Origin: Felis catus
Lineage: Eukaryota
DNA length: 64,000 bases
Direction of reading: 5' to 3'
NCBI RefSeq assembly: GCF_018350175.1
Contig: NC_058373.1
Location: 118,298,001-118,362,000, forward strand
In this document: positions 23,730 through 37,694 of the stretch, in pieces
Position numbering within the stretch: position 1 is the stretch's first letter
Layout of the letters: each line of letters starts with the position of its first letter
Notes under the pieces: model-generated
Seen by the model: the letters and a program-made list of their open reading frames with translations, nothing else
The model's database searches: none
What the model was told of the DNA's origin: nothing
Made by a program: the position numbers and the translations under genes

Positions 23730-26090
23730 TTTTATTTTTGAAGTTTATTTATTTATTTTGAGAGAGAGGGAGAGAGATCACACAAGCAGGTGAGGGGCAG
23801 AGAGAAGGAGAGACAGAATCCCAAGCAGGCTCCGTGTTGTCAGCACAGAGCCCAATGTGGGGCTTGAACTCATGAACCGTGAGATCATGATGTGAGCCGA
23901 GATCAAGAGTCGGATGATTAACTGAATGAGCCACCTAGACGCCTCTAAAATTATATTTTAATATATTAATACGGCAAATTAAATGAATAAATTACCTTAG
24001 GTAATGCTAATGATACTTTACTGTAGTGGGCACTGGGTAAAGTGACTATGAGTAACCTGTACTTTTGTGACCAGCCACTGAGACCTTACCAGTCAGGTTC
24101 TCTCTGTTACTCATATTAGCTTTAGAGACACTGCTCAAGGTTTGAGGCCCTAAGTCTTGACACAAATCTTACATTTGCCAATTAAGGGAACAGTGGTAAT
24201 ATGTACCAGCATTTCTAAGAAACTACTGGAAAGGCAGGCAAGTTTCAGGACCTTGAATAGACTGTCAACATATCTAGGACAAAATGTGCAAACCAAGAAC
24301 AAAAGGTACAAACCTAAGACTTTGGATAACTAATACAACTCCAGCAATGACAAGGGAATTATGAAAAGGAAAGCTTAGCTTTCTCAGTCTCCTCTATCCA
24401 AATGCCACACTCCCCTCCCCAACACCCTACCCCATTCTAGACCCTCATTGCTTTGATGCTGTCCCCCTTTCCTATCTTCTAGCTCTCTCACAACTCTCCC
24501 TCTCAACCACACACAGGCAAAAATTAAAGTAGGTTTTCACCCACACTGTACACTTAAAAAGGAATTAGATAAAACTGATTTGTCTGTGTGAGAAGAGAGC
24601 TTATATAAACTTAACATTATTTTAAAGAAATGCTGGATTACCTAAATTTAATAAACTCAATGGATTATTTTCAACAGGGTTATCTGTATTTTAAAGCATA
24701 TCCCTAATTGTGAAATAACAAAGTTAGAGATGATATAGTAACTTTTGGCATCACTAATAGTAAGAAGAGATATTTGAGAACAGAGAGCCCTTTGTGGAGT
24801 TTTCAAAATCACACCATGTAGGTAGCTGTAGCTGCTCCTACATATGGTTCAAGTAATTTCCCTGAATTTTATATGCCAATATCAGATATCATAAGGAGGA
24901 GTAATATCGGAAATGCCTTTTTTCCCTAAAATATCACACAAATGTAAACTGTAATATTTCACCTAATTGCTTATTGCTTATTAAAAGAATGAGTTACTTT
25001 TTATGAGTCCACATGAGTTTCCATCTACCTTCTTAGGAGGATGATACAAGGGTAGGGCACTGAAGCATGAAATAGGAAAGAGAACGGGAGTTTTAGAACC
25101 TGTCTGCTTTTGAACACAGCTCTATTACAAGGACAGAGCTATTGTCCAAAGAAGTTTATTATTGCTCCTAGGCCTAGGGCAGAAGTTCTTGAAGACAGAC
25201 CCTCCCCAAGCCCCATCTGAGACCCACTGAATGAAAAAATCTTGAAGGTGGGGCCTAGCAAACTGTTTTTATCAAGCCCTCCAGGTGATTCTGATACAGA
25301 AGAACCATTGGCCAAGGAGATTCAAACAGCCTGAAATGAAATACCAGGATTTGACAATAAAACAGTTTTTAAATTAATATAAGGAAACTCTTGAACTCTT
25401 GATTTTGTGAGTATAGTGATAGCAAAATGCATTGCTTTATGGCTTAAGATCTGAGAGACAAAGGAAGAAAGTGTAGTTTATTTACTTCAACTCATTAACA
25501 CAGTGTGTCAAACCAAGGAGGTACAGCTTTGACAATATTAGCCACGGTTTTCAGAGCAGTTATCATGTGTCAGACTCTATACTAAGAGTGCTTACATCAA
25601 TTACCTACTTTAATCTTCACAATTGTTATCTTCATTTTATAGAAGTGGAAACTAAGACTTAAAGAATGTCAAGTAACTTTCCCTAAATCCCATAGTTAGT
25701 AAGTACCAGAACAAGGCCTGAAACCCAGATCTGAGTCAGAGCCTGGACTCTTACAGTTTATAGCGCTGTCTCCAACAGCTTTGAAAAAACATTTTGGTGA
25801 ATTTTAGAGTACAGCCACCACTTTCCTTTTAGATTAAACACTGGCAAGATTTTATTGAGTTGTAGCCTTCAGGAATGACTATACTGCCTTATTCTGTCTG
25901 GCCTTACAAAAAACTCAGTAAAATGGGATGGGTAGGTGGCTCAGTCGGTTAAGCGTCTGACTTTGGCTCAGGTCATGATCTTGTGGTTTATGGGTTCTGC
26001 CTTGCGTCGGGCTCTGTGTGGACAGCTCAGAGCCCAGAGCCTGCTTGGGATTCTGTGTCTCCCTCTCTCTCTGCCCTCCCCTGCTTGTAC

Positions 26091-26127
<37 letters not shown>

Positions 26128-27234
26128 AATAAATAAACATTAAAAAAATTTTTTTTAACTCAGTAATTACAAGGGTGTCTAGGTGGCTCAGTCAGTTGAG
26201 CATCTGACTCTTGATATTGGCTCAGGTCATGATTCCAGGGTCATGGGATTGAGCCCTGCATCAGGCTCAGTGCTGAGTGTGGAGCCTGCTTAAGATTCTC
26301 TCTCTCCCTCTGCTCCTCTGCGCCACTCATGTTCTTTCTCTCTCAAGTAAAAAAAGATATAAAACTCAGTAATTACAATTACACATTCAATGCTCTACTG
26401 TAGTTAAGATCATCATCATCTAAGAGACTTGTCTTTCAAGTCAGAATTTTGGGTAATTTACATGAAGGATAATAGGTTAATTATTCTCTATTTTTAAACA
26501 AAACCAAAAATTTCTACTATGCAACAATTTCTGGCATGCCAGAAATTCAATGTACCATAATTTAGTTTTTTTTTTCTTTAAAGTAATCTCTACCCCCCAA
26601 CGTGGGGTCTGAATTCATGACCCCGAGATCAAGAATCACATGCTCCACTGACTGAGCCAGCCAGGTGCCCCAGTATTTTTATTTCTTAATTAACTGAAAA
26701 TATACTCCAACTCAGCTCTTTCATTTATAGAATTTCTTTGCAAATAAATTTATAAGCACCTTTCAATGTCAGTATCTATACCCAGATGTATTAGCAAATA
26801 AATACATGTAAGAATCTTGAACACAGTTCTAATAATGAAAAGTTTCAAGTAAAGTTTAGCAGCAACCATCACCAGAGCACTTTTACTTTCCTTTAATGAC
26901 CTTGGATCTCAGCTAATTATGGAGCTCTGTGGGCTCAGGGTCACACCAAGAGTGTGAACTACTTGAATAAAAGGAGTAAAAGCAGGCTAGTTTGACACTT
27001 CCAAGTGCTGTAACAGCAGGTACATGTTAGAAATGTAGTGGAGGGGCACCGGGGTGGCTCAGTTGGTTAAGTGTCTGACTTCAGCTCAGGTCATGATCTC
27101 ACTGCTCATGGGTTTGAGCCCTGCATCTTGGGATCTCTGTCTCCCTCTCTCTCCGCCCCTCCCCGTACTCATGCTTGTGCACACGCTCGCTCTCTCGCTC
27201 TCAAAATAAATAAATAAAACATTTGAAAAAAAAA
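23730..27234. mobile_element. Can-SINE group: about 23730-23945 (-), 25925-26150 (+), 26172-26356 (+), 26566-26671 (-, short), 27042-27234 (+); MIR at about 25540-25770
   Basis: ggtggctcagt.ggtt heads, (CT)n regions and A-rich tails. Confidence 0.85.
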
Positions 27235-27286
27235 TTGCTTGGCCAACTGAGGCTAGTCATGATGAAATCCACACTGTTGGACTCAC

Positions 27287-27427
27287 TGTGTCCTTGACAG
27301 CCATGAAGCAATGACAGATCCAGCGCCGAGTGGTGCCGTCACGACATATGTAAGAGAAGGCTCTATCAAAGTTCCTATCCGGAGCACAGAAAGAAACTTT
27401 TTCTATTGTCTGGTCAACTATGAGGTC
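27287..27427 (-). CDS. NUMB: NUMB coding exon (141 nt; PTB domain)
   Basis: ttctAG acceptor and ACA|GTGAGT donor. Reads [47 protein letters not shown]. Confidence 0.97.
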
Positions 27428-28409
27428 CTAGAAAAAGGGAAGCACAAAGGAACAGAGGACTTATCAAGTTATTCAAGCTTCTCAGAATAAACACAGGATG
27501 TTCACTTCACAATAGAGTCTCCACAGCAAATGAATTGAGACTATGAAATAGCTAGATCTGAGGCCAGCAGCCTGAATACTAAGAATTTGACTTAGGAGAA
27601 ATCCCAAGAGGCACTCTGCCCAGATGCCTCTCTCACTTCATCTTCTGTTCTAAAACATATGCTTGCTGCTTTTAGTTTTATCATGGTATATTCCATGCTC
27701 AATTTGATAATATATGTAAATCACTATATCTCATTTGATTCCTATAACTTATATTAACTTAGTGATCATTTAATTTTAACTATGACTTTTTTATATACTT
27801 GCTGAATGGCACTGTATACACACAGTATAAACATTACACAGAATGTTTTTTAAAATCTTGAGGCTCTGAGATTCTTCTATGTGATATTCCCAGTCTAGAA
27901 TCCCTAGATGCTGAGGTGGGGCTGAAAGAGCTAAAACATAAAATCAAACAAAATAGTTTTTATAAAGCATCACCATAATGGCTCATTATGATTTTATTTT
28001 GCATAACGTGCTTACTATGAATTTCCTCTTTAGCAAAATGATTCTTCTTTTGGATTGTCTGTCATTTTTCTTATTGATATGTAGGAGTTCTTTATATATT
28101 CTAAATATGAGCCCTTTATAGACTATATGCACTGCAAAATTTCTTTTCCATTCCTGATGAGTCCAAGGGTGAAAAGCCACCAATTACTATTATCACTAAA
28201 GGTGGAAAAAGAACCAATTTAATACCAGTGCTACAAGTAGCCAGCAGGGGGCAAAATCACTTTCTAACTGGTATAAAACAATTTAAAAAATAGCCTCCAT
28301 GTATAACACATTTCATCCAAAACATTAAAAAAAATACATAAGTTCTTAACAATAAGTTTAAATGATCATTGTTTTCAATAATAATGTACATTTAAGAGTA
28401 CCACTTCTT

Positions 28410-28760
28410 GGGACGCCTGGGTGGCCCAGTCGGTTAAGTGTCCTACTTTGGCTCACATATTCCTTTTATGGCAAGCATATAAGAGCAGGGCAGAGGACTA
28501 CAAAACAAATTTTAAGAGGGCAGTACATTTAAGCTTTCAAAGCTTTAAAAGATGTGTAGAGGGGCGCCTGGGTGGCGCAGTCAGTTGAGTGTCCAACTTC
28601 GGCTTGGGTCATCATCTCGCAGTTCGTGAGTCTGAGCCCCAAGCTGGGCTCTGTGCTGACAGCTCAGAGCCTGGAGCCTGCTTGCAATTCTGTGTCTCCC
28701 TCTCTCTGCCCCTCCCCCGCTTAAACTCTGTCTCTCAAAAATAAACATACATTAAAAAAA
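28410..28760 (+). mobile_element. Composite Can-SINE: truncated head, copied unique segment, full SINE
   Basis: Outer TSD AAG(A/G)GTACCACTTCT at 28394-28408 and 28759-28773. See findings. Confidence 0.9.
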
Positions 28761-29740
28761 GGGTACCACTTCTCTTGAAATTAAAAAAAAAAAAAGCCTT
28801 AGATGGAAGGTCAAAAGAACTCATGCAGCTGTATTAAGTCACTTAAAATGTATCAGACAAATTACCCATCAAAATTGCTCTTTACCTGCAGACTCCCCCC
28901 CCAACCCTTCAATAATACATGATTTTTTTTTTTAGAAAAAATTGCCTTCATGTTAAAATTTCTCCAGGCTTTAGGTCTCTTAGGAAATTTTAATTAATGA
29001 TTAAATGTGCTTATATAACACTTTTATGGTCTCTAAGGTCAGAGTCTATGTCTCTCTCTTTTCTTAATATAATTTATCATCAAAGTGGTTTCCATACAAC
29101 ACCCAGAGCTCATCCCAACAACTGCCCTCCTCAGTGCGCATCACCCACCTGCCCCTCTCTATGTCTTTATTCTTTATGCAGTAGGATCATTTTCTTTCAA
29201 ATGATAAATGCCACTTATGATTTGAGATATTATGTAGATTCTAAGTAAATGTTAACCAAATAAGCCATTTACTAGTCCTTAAGATTTCACTTAAATTGGG
29301 TGTTTGGTTAAATGGCAGGTTAATCATTTCAAATATCACTTTCTAAGAATATAGTTCCCTTTATTAAGGAACAAGAAGAAACTTCAGGTGTGGTCTTTTT
29401 TTTTTTTTAATTTGGTAAAAGGTCCATCATCTTTTATACCAAATCTGTGGGGCTAAACATTTTCTTAAAATGTGTAAGAATGAAATCTTAACATTAAGTT
29501 CAAATGCTTACTACATAAACATGCTGTCATGTAGAGCAAAATACTGAGAGAATTGTATTTTTTATAAGGTAAATGAGTAACTAATTTCGTTTCCTGAACA
29601 CTAGTATCTCAGAAGACTGTACTTTGGACAAAGTGGAAGGATAGAGTGAGTGCAGCAGCTTAATGGCATTATATCTGATCATTAGGGATAAAATTTAAAA
29701 AACATGAACAGTAACACATTAAAGCATATAAAATGTTTAC

Positions 29741-29815
29741 CTTAGTTTTTTCATCCACAACTCTGAGTCCATCTGCTGATACCCACAGGACTGCCTTAAC
29801 TGCTTTCTTTCCAGT
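29741..29815 (-). CDS. NUMB: NUMB coding exon (75 nt; PTB domain)
   Basis: aaAG acceptor after a pyrimidine tract and AAG|GTAAAC donor. Reads TGKKAVKAVLWVSADGLRVVDEKTK. Confidence 0.96.
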
Positions 29816-30959
29816 CTTTTAAGAGAAACCAAAAAGGAAGGGGGGAGACACACAGATATATAATATTTAAAAAAAAAAGTCATCTTCAATAGAAAACACT
29901 GACTTCTGCCTTCCAAAAGTCACAAGTACAGATGGAGTCCGAGTTCAGGAGGGGTGCCCAAAGCCAGATACTCAAACCAAACTGCAGAAACATTCAGGAA
30001 AAAAACAAGCCAAAGCCATTATTGTAGAAACACAAGGCAAAACAATAAGATAAAATTAAGTAAGGGGGAAGGGACAGGTGGACTCAAAACCATGATATCA
30101 CATTCCATAAAGGGCAAAGAATTCATAAGTAGATTCTTCACCCCTTTAAAAAATCAACCAAGAAAACCAAGAGTCAGGTAAATATTAATACATAAGGAGT
30201 TACACCACAAGTATCTTCTACAAACGTATTTACAGTAAAAAGCAATATACATAGGTCTAAATTGAGATGCTGACCTATCCTCTGACTCCAATGTGTACAG
30301 CAGAACCCTTGGTCATCTGAAATTTTCATGTTAAATACCCAAGAAGTCTTCATTATTTCTATAATAATCTTTAAAGACCATTATTTCTTCTCTCAGGATT
30401 AACACAGAACTGGTTTAGTTTTTAATTTGACATTAAATGCATGGAGACATTTTGGGGACATAGGAGGATTTAAAAAATTAAAAAAAATACTATTATTATT
30501 ACATCAATTCTTTTTACTGGCTGAGAAAAGACTTCTTTTGGCACACAAGAATCATGTGAGAACAAGCTGATGTAGGATTTCTCTTGTGATGGAATGAAAA
30601 TGAGACAGTGGGACTTTGTAATAGTAATTTAACAGCTTCCTGTCTTTTCAAATGCTCCAAGGATACAAGCAAAATAAAACGAACGCAAAATAAACGCTGA
30701 GAATAGGTGTTAGAACATCATTAAAAAGTATAAATTAAAAGGAAACTGGTAGTAAAAAGTTGCAGCAGCCTCTAGAAGGGACAGAAGAGGATAAAGAAAT
30801 GTCTACCATTCTCCTCTGTATGTGTCCAAGCCCAGAGCTCCTCCATATGGAAGGCATGGCCTTATTTAAATGAACTGTGTGCTTTACTCTGGGCTCATCA
30901 TCTCCACTATCACCACGCATCTGATAAGAGCCTAGCACATGCCAGGCAGCAGAAACACT

Positions 30960-32610
30960 TAAAAGTTTACAGCCCACTGAAAGGTGATGATTAAACAAAA
31001 AAATAAATAATATAGTAGGAAGTGTTATAGTAGAGCTGAAAAATGTATAATGATGTCAGCAACGAGGCATGGTCAAATCTATTTGTGGAATCAAGGAAGG
31101 TTATTCAAAGGAGAAGATCAAACTAGGTTCTGAAATAATTTCTCTAGATGCACAAGGTAGGGGTAAGGAGTCAGGGAAGTGACAGAGGTTGTGGACATGG
31201 CAGGCAAAAGAAACAGCAGCACAGGATATGGAAGCAAACATGGCAAGTCTGTGCTCTTTAAAAGCTTGAAAGTGGGATGGGTAAGCGAGGAGCAGTGGAA
31301 GATAAAGCATAGGAAAGGCCTAGCCATGGAGAGCCTTGTACACTTACTTAAGAATTCTATCTTAATTACATAGGCAATTAGGAGCTACTGACTGAATTTT
31401 TAAATGCATTTAAAAAATATCACTGTGGCAGCAGTATAGATGGGTTGGAAAGAGACTGAAAAGGAGGCTGAAAGACTACAACATGATTCCAGATGGCAGA
31501 AAATGAGGGTTAAGCTCTTTTCATTGAGATTGGGATATAGATGAGAAAGTTTTAAATGGAAAATATAAGAGAGAAATAGGAAGATCCCTCTCAGGTTCCT
31601 GACTTGGGTAATTAGGTAAAGACGGTACCACAAACTAAGAGAAAAGAAGAGATGCAAAAACAAGTTTGAGAGGGGAAGAACAGGATTTCAGTTTTAGACA
31701 AGCAAAGTTTGGGATGCCTATGCAATATCCAGGTAGAGACAAACAACAGGTTATTGGATATTTAGGTCTGAATCTCAGTAGAGAATTCTAAGATGGAATT
31801 TTAGTTTGGGAAATATCAATCATGGGAGTAAAAAGAGGGCCAAGACCTGGAGAGAATATCAATAATTAAATAATTGGGAGAAAATGAGTCTCTGAAGCAT
31901 CAGAAAAAGAATAGCCAAAGGGACAGAAGAATGGAGAGACTAGGGTTATTGAAACTAAGTGAGAAGGGTTTCAAGAAACAGCAGGCGGTCCAAAATGTCA
32001 AGTGTTGCAAAGTGATTAAGCAAGAAAAGATGTGAAAAGTGTCCACTGGATTTAGCAATGAAGAAGTGATAGAGTGATAGAGTTGTAATGGTTAATTTTG
32101 TGTGTCAAATTGGCTATGCTATGATCACACAGTTTTTTGGTCAAACAGTAGTCTAGATGTTGCTTTGAAGATATTTTGTAGATGTGATTAATATTTACAA
32201 GCAACTGACTTTGGATAAAGGAGATTACCCTTGATAATATGGGTAGGACTCATCTAATCAGTTGAATACCTTAAGGGTTAAAAACAGGCTTCCCTGAGAA
32301 GAGATTTTGCCTCAAGTCTCTAATACAGAAATTCTGCCTGAGCATCCAGCCTGCTGGCTGGCCCTATACATTTCAGACTTGCCTGCCCCAATTCTTAAGC
32401 CCCTCCCTCTCTATATATGTATAGATATAGATATCTAAATATATACATATACATATATGTGTGTATACATGCACACAGAAAGAGAAAACAGACGGTGGTT
32501 CTGTTTTTCTGGAGGTCTTGACTAATACAGAAGTGGAAGTCAGACTAGGTTGGGTTGAGAAGTAAATGAAAGGCAAGAAGAATCTGTAAATATTAAATAC
32601 TCTCTTCAAA
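30960..32610 (-). mobile_element. Degraded L2 (interrupted by MLT2)
   Basis: 'ttcagttttagacaagcaaagtttgggatgccta' and 'gtccactggatttagcaatgaag' are L2 hallmarks. Confidence 0.7.
32084..32529 (+). mobile_element. MLT2-type (ERVL) solo LTR inserted in L2
   Basis: Starts TGTAATGGTTAATTTTGTGTGTCAA and ends ...TGACTAATACA. Internal gtctagatgttgct and agattaccctt motifs are typical of MLT2. Confidence 0.8.
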
Positions 32611-32621
32611 AAACCTTTCCT

Positions 32622-33678
32622 AAGCTTTTGTACAGCAAAGGAAACCATGCACAAAATGAAAAGGCAACCTACTGAATGGGAGAAGATATTTACAAATTAT
32701 ATATCCAATAAGGGGTTAATATTCAAAATACTCAACACCAAAAAACCCTAAATAATCTGATTAAAAATGAGCAGAGGACCTGAATGGGCACTTTTCCAAA
32801 GAAGACATACAGATAGCCAACAGATGCATACACAGATGTTCAACATCACTATAGTAGCAAGGAAATACAAATCAGAACTACAATGAGATATCACTTCAGA
32901 CCTGTCAGAATGGCTAGAATAAAAAAGACAAAAAAATAACAAGTGCTGGCGAGGATGTGGAGAAAAGGAAACCCTCATGTACTGTTGCGGGAATGTAAAC
33001 TGATGCAGCCATTGAAAAAATTAAATAGAAATACCATATGATCCAGTAATTCCACTACTGGGTATTTACCCAAAGAAAATGAAAACACTAATTTGTAAAG
33101 ATATATGCACCCATGTATTTATTGCAGCATTATTTACATCAGCCAAGATATGGAAGCAACCCCAGCGTCCATCGATAGATGAATGGATAAAGAAGGGTAA
33201 AGCACACACACAATGGAATATAAAAAAGAACGAGATCCTATCATTTGTGACAACATGGATGGACCTAGAGGGTATTATGCTAAGTGAAATAAGTCAGATA
33301 GAGAAAGACAAATATCATATGATTTCACTTGTAGGTAGAATCTAAAAAACAAACAAAACCCCCCAGCAGAAACAGATCCATAAATACAGAGAACACACTG
33401 ATGAGAGAGGGGAAGGGGGGAGGAATGGACTAAATAGGTCAATGGGAGTGGGATATACAGGTTTCCAGTTATGGAATGAATCAGTCATAATGACAAATAT
33501 AGTCAACGGTACTGTAATAGCATTGTAGTGACAGATGGAAGCTACACTTGTGGTGAGCATAGCATAATGTATAGACTTGTTGCATCTCTATGTTGTACAC
33601 CTGAAACTAATGTAACATTGTGTGTCCACTATACTTCAATAAAACACAATTTAAAAGTTGACAAAAAAGATAAAAAAT
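32622..33678 (+). mobile_element. L1 3' fragment (ORF2 C-terminus plus 3'UTR)
   Basis: ORF2 C-terminal peptide (FIAALFTSAKIWKQP...WMDLEGIMLSEISQ) and 3' end tgtacacctgaaactaat...cttcAATAAA. Confidence 0.88.
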
Positions 33679-33881
33679 AGGTGCTGGGACCCAGTATCCA
33701 CATAGTAGCAGGTGCCTTTACAGAAGAGGTCTGAGTGGGGCTCGGACAGTCACCCTAAGCTTTTGCACCATGGATTTGCTCCATGAGGGCAGGGATTTTT
33801 TCCATCTTTATTATTTACTGTTGTAACCTCAGAGCTTAGAACAATGCCTGACACAGTACAGGAGTTTAAGAAATATCTGCT

Positions 33882-34092
33882 GGGAGTGCCTGGGTGGCTC
33901 AGCTGGTTAAGTGTCCAACTTTGGCTTAGGTTGTGATCTCACGGTTTGTTGGTTTGAGCCCCACATTGGCTCTGTGCTGGCAGCTCAGAGCCTGGAGCCT
34001 GCTTTGGATTCTATGTCTCCCCCTCTCTCTGCCCCACTCCCGCTCACACTCTGTCTCTCTCAAAAATAAACATTAGGAAAAAAAAAAAAAAA
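33882..34092 (+). mobile_element. Can-SINE
   Basis: TSD AAGAAATATCTGCTG on both sides. Confidence 0.9.
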
Positions 34093-35889
34093 GAAATATC
34101 TGCTGAAGGAATAAAGTTGCTAAATATCTCCTAAAGGGAATAAGGGAAAGTTGATCAGTAACACAGAAGACTGACAAATGACAGTGAAAATCCTGTGTAA
34201 GAAATTTAAATTTGCAGCTTTATCAGTCCACTGATTGTTCAACTGTAGTCTGCAGTGTTCAGCATCTGAGTCAACAGATAGGACTACTTCCAGGTTGGGA
34301 GACTGAAAGCAGAAAAAAAATCAAAGGTCATTATTTAAGTAATCTCTACACCTAACGTGGGGCTCAGACTCATGATCCCGAGAACAAGAGTTGCATGTTC
34401 CTCTGACTGAGCCAGCCAGGTGCCCCTCAAAGGTCATTTTAGAATGGGATTGTTCCTCATTTAGTCTCCTTACCATATGTAGCAAAATATAACATTTTCT
34501 TGGCCCAATTACACTGTTATGAAAACATCTCTGCTTTTTGAGGTATGCCTATATAATAAATTTTATGGTATTGTACTAATATATCACTGAGGCACTGTAT
34601 TTATCATATTCCATGGCCTTTGATCTTCTAAATAGGGGAAGAAAACATAGTATGAGTTCTTGTATTTGTTCCCACATTTGGGTGCCGATTCTTGGATACA
34701 TATAGTTACTTCAATCAGATGTTGAGATATTAACACTCAAAGACACCTGTAGCTGAATTTAAGTCCAGACTTCATCATACATATTCTATGGTAGCAATGC
34801 TCCTGTAGTATTTGTGCATTTTATAGTCTTCCATTCTGATAATATAAACTAAGATCGCCAAGCACTTTTCAGAAAATGATAAAAGTCATAGAAGATCAAA
34901 GTTTTTGCTTTTATGTGCCCTAAAAATGTCTATTCAAGCCAATATCCTAGGAGGGAAGGTCAAAGTTAGCTAACCGAAAGACTGAAATACAAAGATAACC
35001 CAGAGCAAGTATGAAATACAGAATTTAGGTACATCTTAGTGATGCAAACACCCCTTAAAAAAAGACTACATAATACTTCATTACCATTGTTCCAAAACTA
35101 TTTTTTAAATAATTTCAAAGTTATAGGTAGTTCACATTGATTAGTCACTTATGAAAAACATGGTTTTACAACAAAAAGAAAATTGCTTATTCTTCAAGGA
35201 AAGAAGATGCGTTTAATAACATGGACGGAACTTAAGTAACTTCATATTTAAACTGGTAAAATCTGAGAAGATCACACTAACCTATGAGTGAAACATGACA
35301 AATGTCAAGTATAACTGAGCTAGAAACCATGCAACTCTCTATAAGTCCAACTTAGAATTTTAAAATTAACATCTGCCATAAGCACTTTTTTATATAGGTA
35401 GACATAAGCCAATACAGAAATTAAACAGACTCTGATATTAAGAGAAAATGATAGCAGTTAGTGGATCTATTACAAATTATTGAATTAAGAAACTTGTACT
35501 GCAAGTAAGAGAAATGCACAGGTAATGTTCAAATGAAAATAGAAGCGAAGAAACAAAATGATTGCAAAACTGACACAGAAATAGTAACTTTAGCTAAGTA
35601 TATTAAAAGATCACTTTCCCCTAAATATAAAAGCTACTCACAATAAAAGGCAATTGAAATAACTAATTACAACAAAGAACTGTTATCTACCTACCTATCT
35701 CCAAAGATTGTTTGCTTGTTTTTAAAAAGTAGACATCACTTAAAGAAAGAAAAAGGATGATGATCACATATTGGTGATAGTCTTGGTAGGCATATCCTTA
35801 GGGTTGCTCTTTAATTTTACATATTGGTATTACCTAGGGAAGTACTTCAGACTTCCAGTTGGAGAAATACGTTTTTAAACTGTTTAAAT

Positions 35890-36089
35890 CAGAGATTGGC
35901 AAACTTTCTGTGAGGGACAAGATGTCAAATATTTAAAGCTTTGCAGGTTATAGAGTCTATGCCACAACTAATTAACTCTGCTACTGTAGTGGAAAAGCAG
36001 CCACAGACAATATGTAAACAAATGGGCATAGCTTTGTTCCCGTAAAGCTTTATTTATAAAAACAGTGGGCCATAGTTTGCCAACCTCTG
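35890..36089. mobile_element. MER58A-like (hAT-Charlie)
   Basis: TIRs CAGAGATTGGCAAACT and AGTTTGCCAACCTCTG, degenerate 8-bp TSD gtttaaat/atgtaaat, internal 'gcagccacagacaatatgtaaacaaatgggc'. Confidence 0.85.
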
Positions 36090-36197
36090 ATGTAAATCAT
36101 CATAATCCCTGAAAAGTAACCACTAATTAAATCTTTTTGGAAAGACAATATTGAAATATTACACTCATTTGGAATTATATCTCTGAATTATCCTTAT

Positions 36198-36305
36198 TCT
36201 TTTTCTTCCCTTTCTTTCCCTTCTCCCTTCCCTTCCCTTTTCTTTCTTTCTTTTCTTTCCTTTTTCCTTCCCTATCTTTCCCTTCTCCTTTCCTTCTTTC
36301 TTTTA
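36198..36305. repeat. Polypyrimidine/polypurine low-complexity tract
   Basis: About 105 nt made almost entirely of T and C. Confidence 0.85.
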
Positions 36306-37694
36306 CAAATGTGCTTATATGCTATCTATTGTTTTAAATTGCAACTCAGATCTCAGTGCGGCCCAACTCCAAAGTTCTGATTCCCAAAATCACCAATGAG
36401 ATAAAAACGTGCAATTAATCAACATAAATAGAAGTGATATTTGCAGGCAAGACAATTCTGCTAGATGTATGATAGTAGATTAGAACAAAAAGGTTAAACA
36501 GCTGTTCTAATGTTTAAGCCAAAGCAAATAAATGCTGTAAAGACACACAGGAAGCATAATTTGGCATAAATGAAATGTTAAGAAGCAACTGCAGTAAACA
36601 GACCACTTTGGGCAGGAAAGGCAGAGCAAGTCACTCTTTCTGAGCAAAAGTAACTTGCCACTCTATTGTGCAACGTTCTTTCTCTACAAACCAAAATGAT
36701 CTTCGAGTGTACCCCAACATGTAAAGAATCACTGGTCAGTCTTTCTGTCACACCTACACACAGAGATAACCCAGTCATTACAGAGTAATGACATGCTAAC
36801 AGGAAACTATAACATGGTATGCCTTGTAATAAATGAGTAAGAAGCTTTTGTTTCACAGAAAAATGGGCTTCGTTTTTTTTTTTTTAATCTGAGAAAGACC
36901 TTAAAATGATATTTGAATTTACGAACAGAACTGTAAAAGGAACAAATTTTGTCTTATAATTCCAAGATACAGTGAATATTCCCTAAAGGACAAAATGGCA
37001 AAGGGAAAGAAACACAACGTTCACCAGTATTTGAGGCTGGCATTATCTCTAATGGCTGTTTCACTAACACTACAGTAACCCTCTAATCTGGGACATTAAG
37101 TTACACTATATTTCCTGCATTATAAGTGAGAGGAGCCTTTAAAGGTAGCAAACAGCATGAAGGTTGAAACAAACAGCAAAGAAAGATTTCTGGAGGCAGT
37201 TCAGCTCTTCCAGTTTGCTAAGTCACTTTTAATTGTCAGAAGGGGGGAACCTAGGGGTTATTCTAACACTATGAAGATTCCACAGGTATCTCAAATTCAA
37301 CCTGTCTAAAACCAAATTCATCATGCCCCTTCTCACAATGAACAATTCCCCGATGCTTGGTCAACCATACCCAAAGCGTGGGGCATCTGTTTCCTTCTGC
37401 ATATCCCTAGCTTGAATGAATGAGTGAGTAGGAGAGCATGTTTCTCTCTCATCCCAGTGGTCCTGTGAATGCTGTTCCTTCTGTCGGAAATGCCTTTCTC
37501 CTCTTAGTTTAACTGGAAGTCATTATTTTACATCTCAGCCTTAGGTGTCACCTCCTCCTAGAAGCCTTCATCACACTCTCACATTCAATCTTCCTCTCTG
37601 CTCTAGTAATACCTGTTTCTGTCACATAATTGGGAACCATTTCTTTACCTGATTCCTTCCACTACAGGTTGAACTTGAAAGCAGTGCATTTGTC

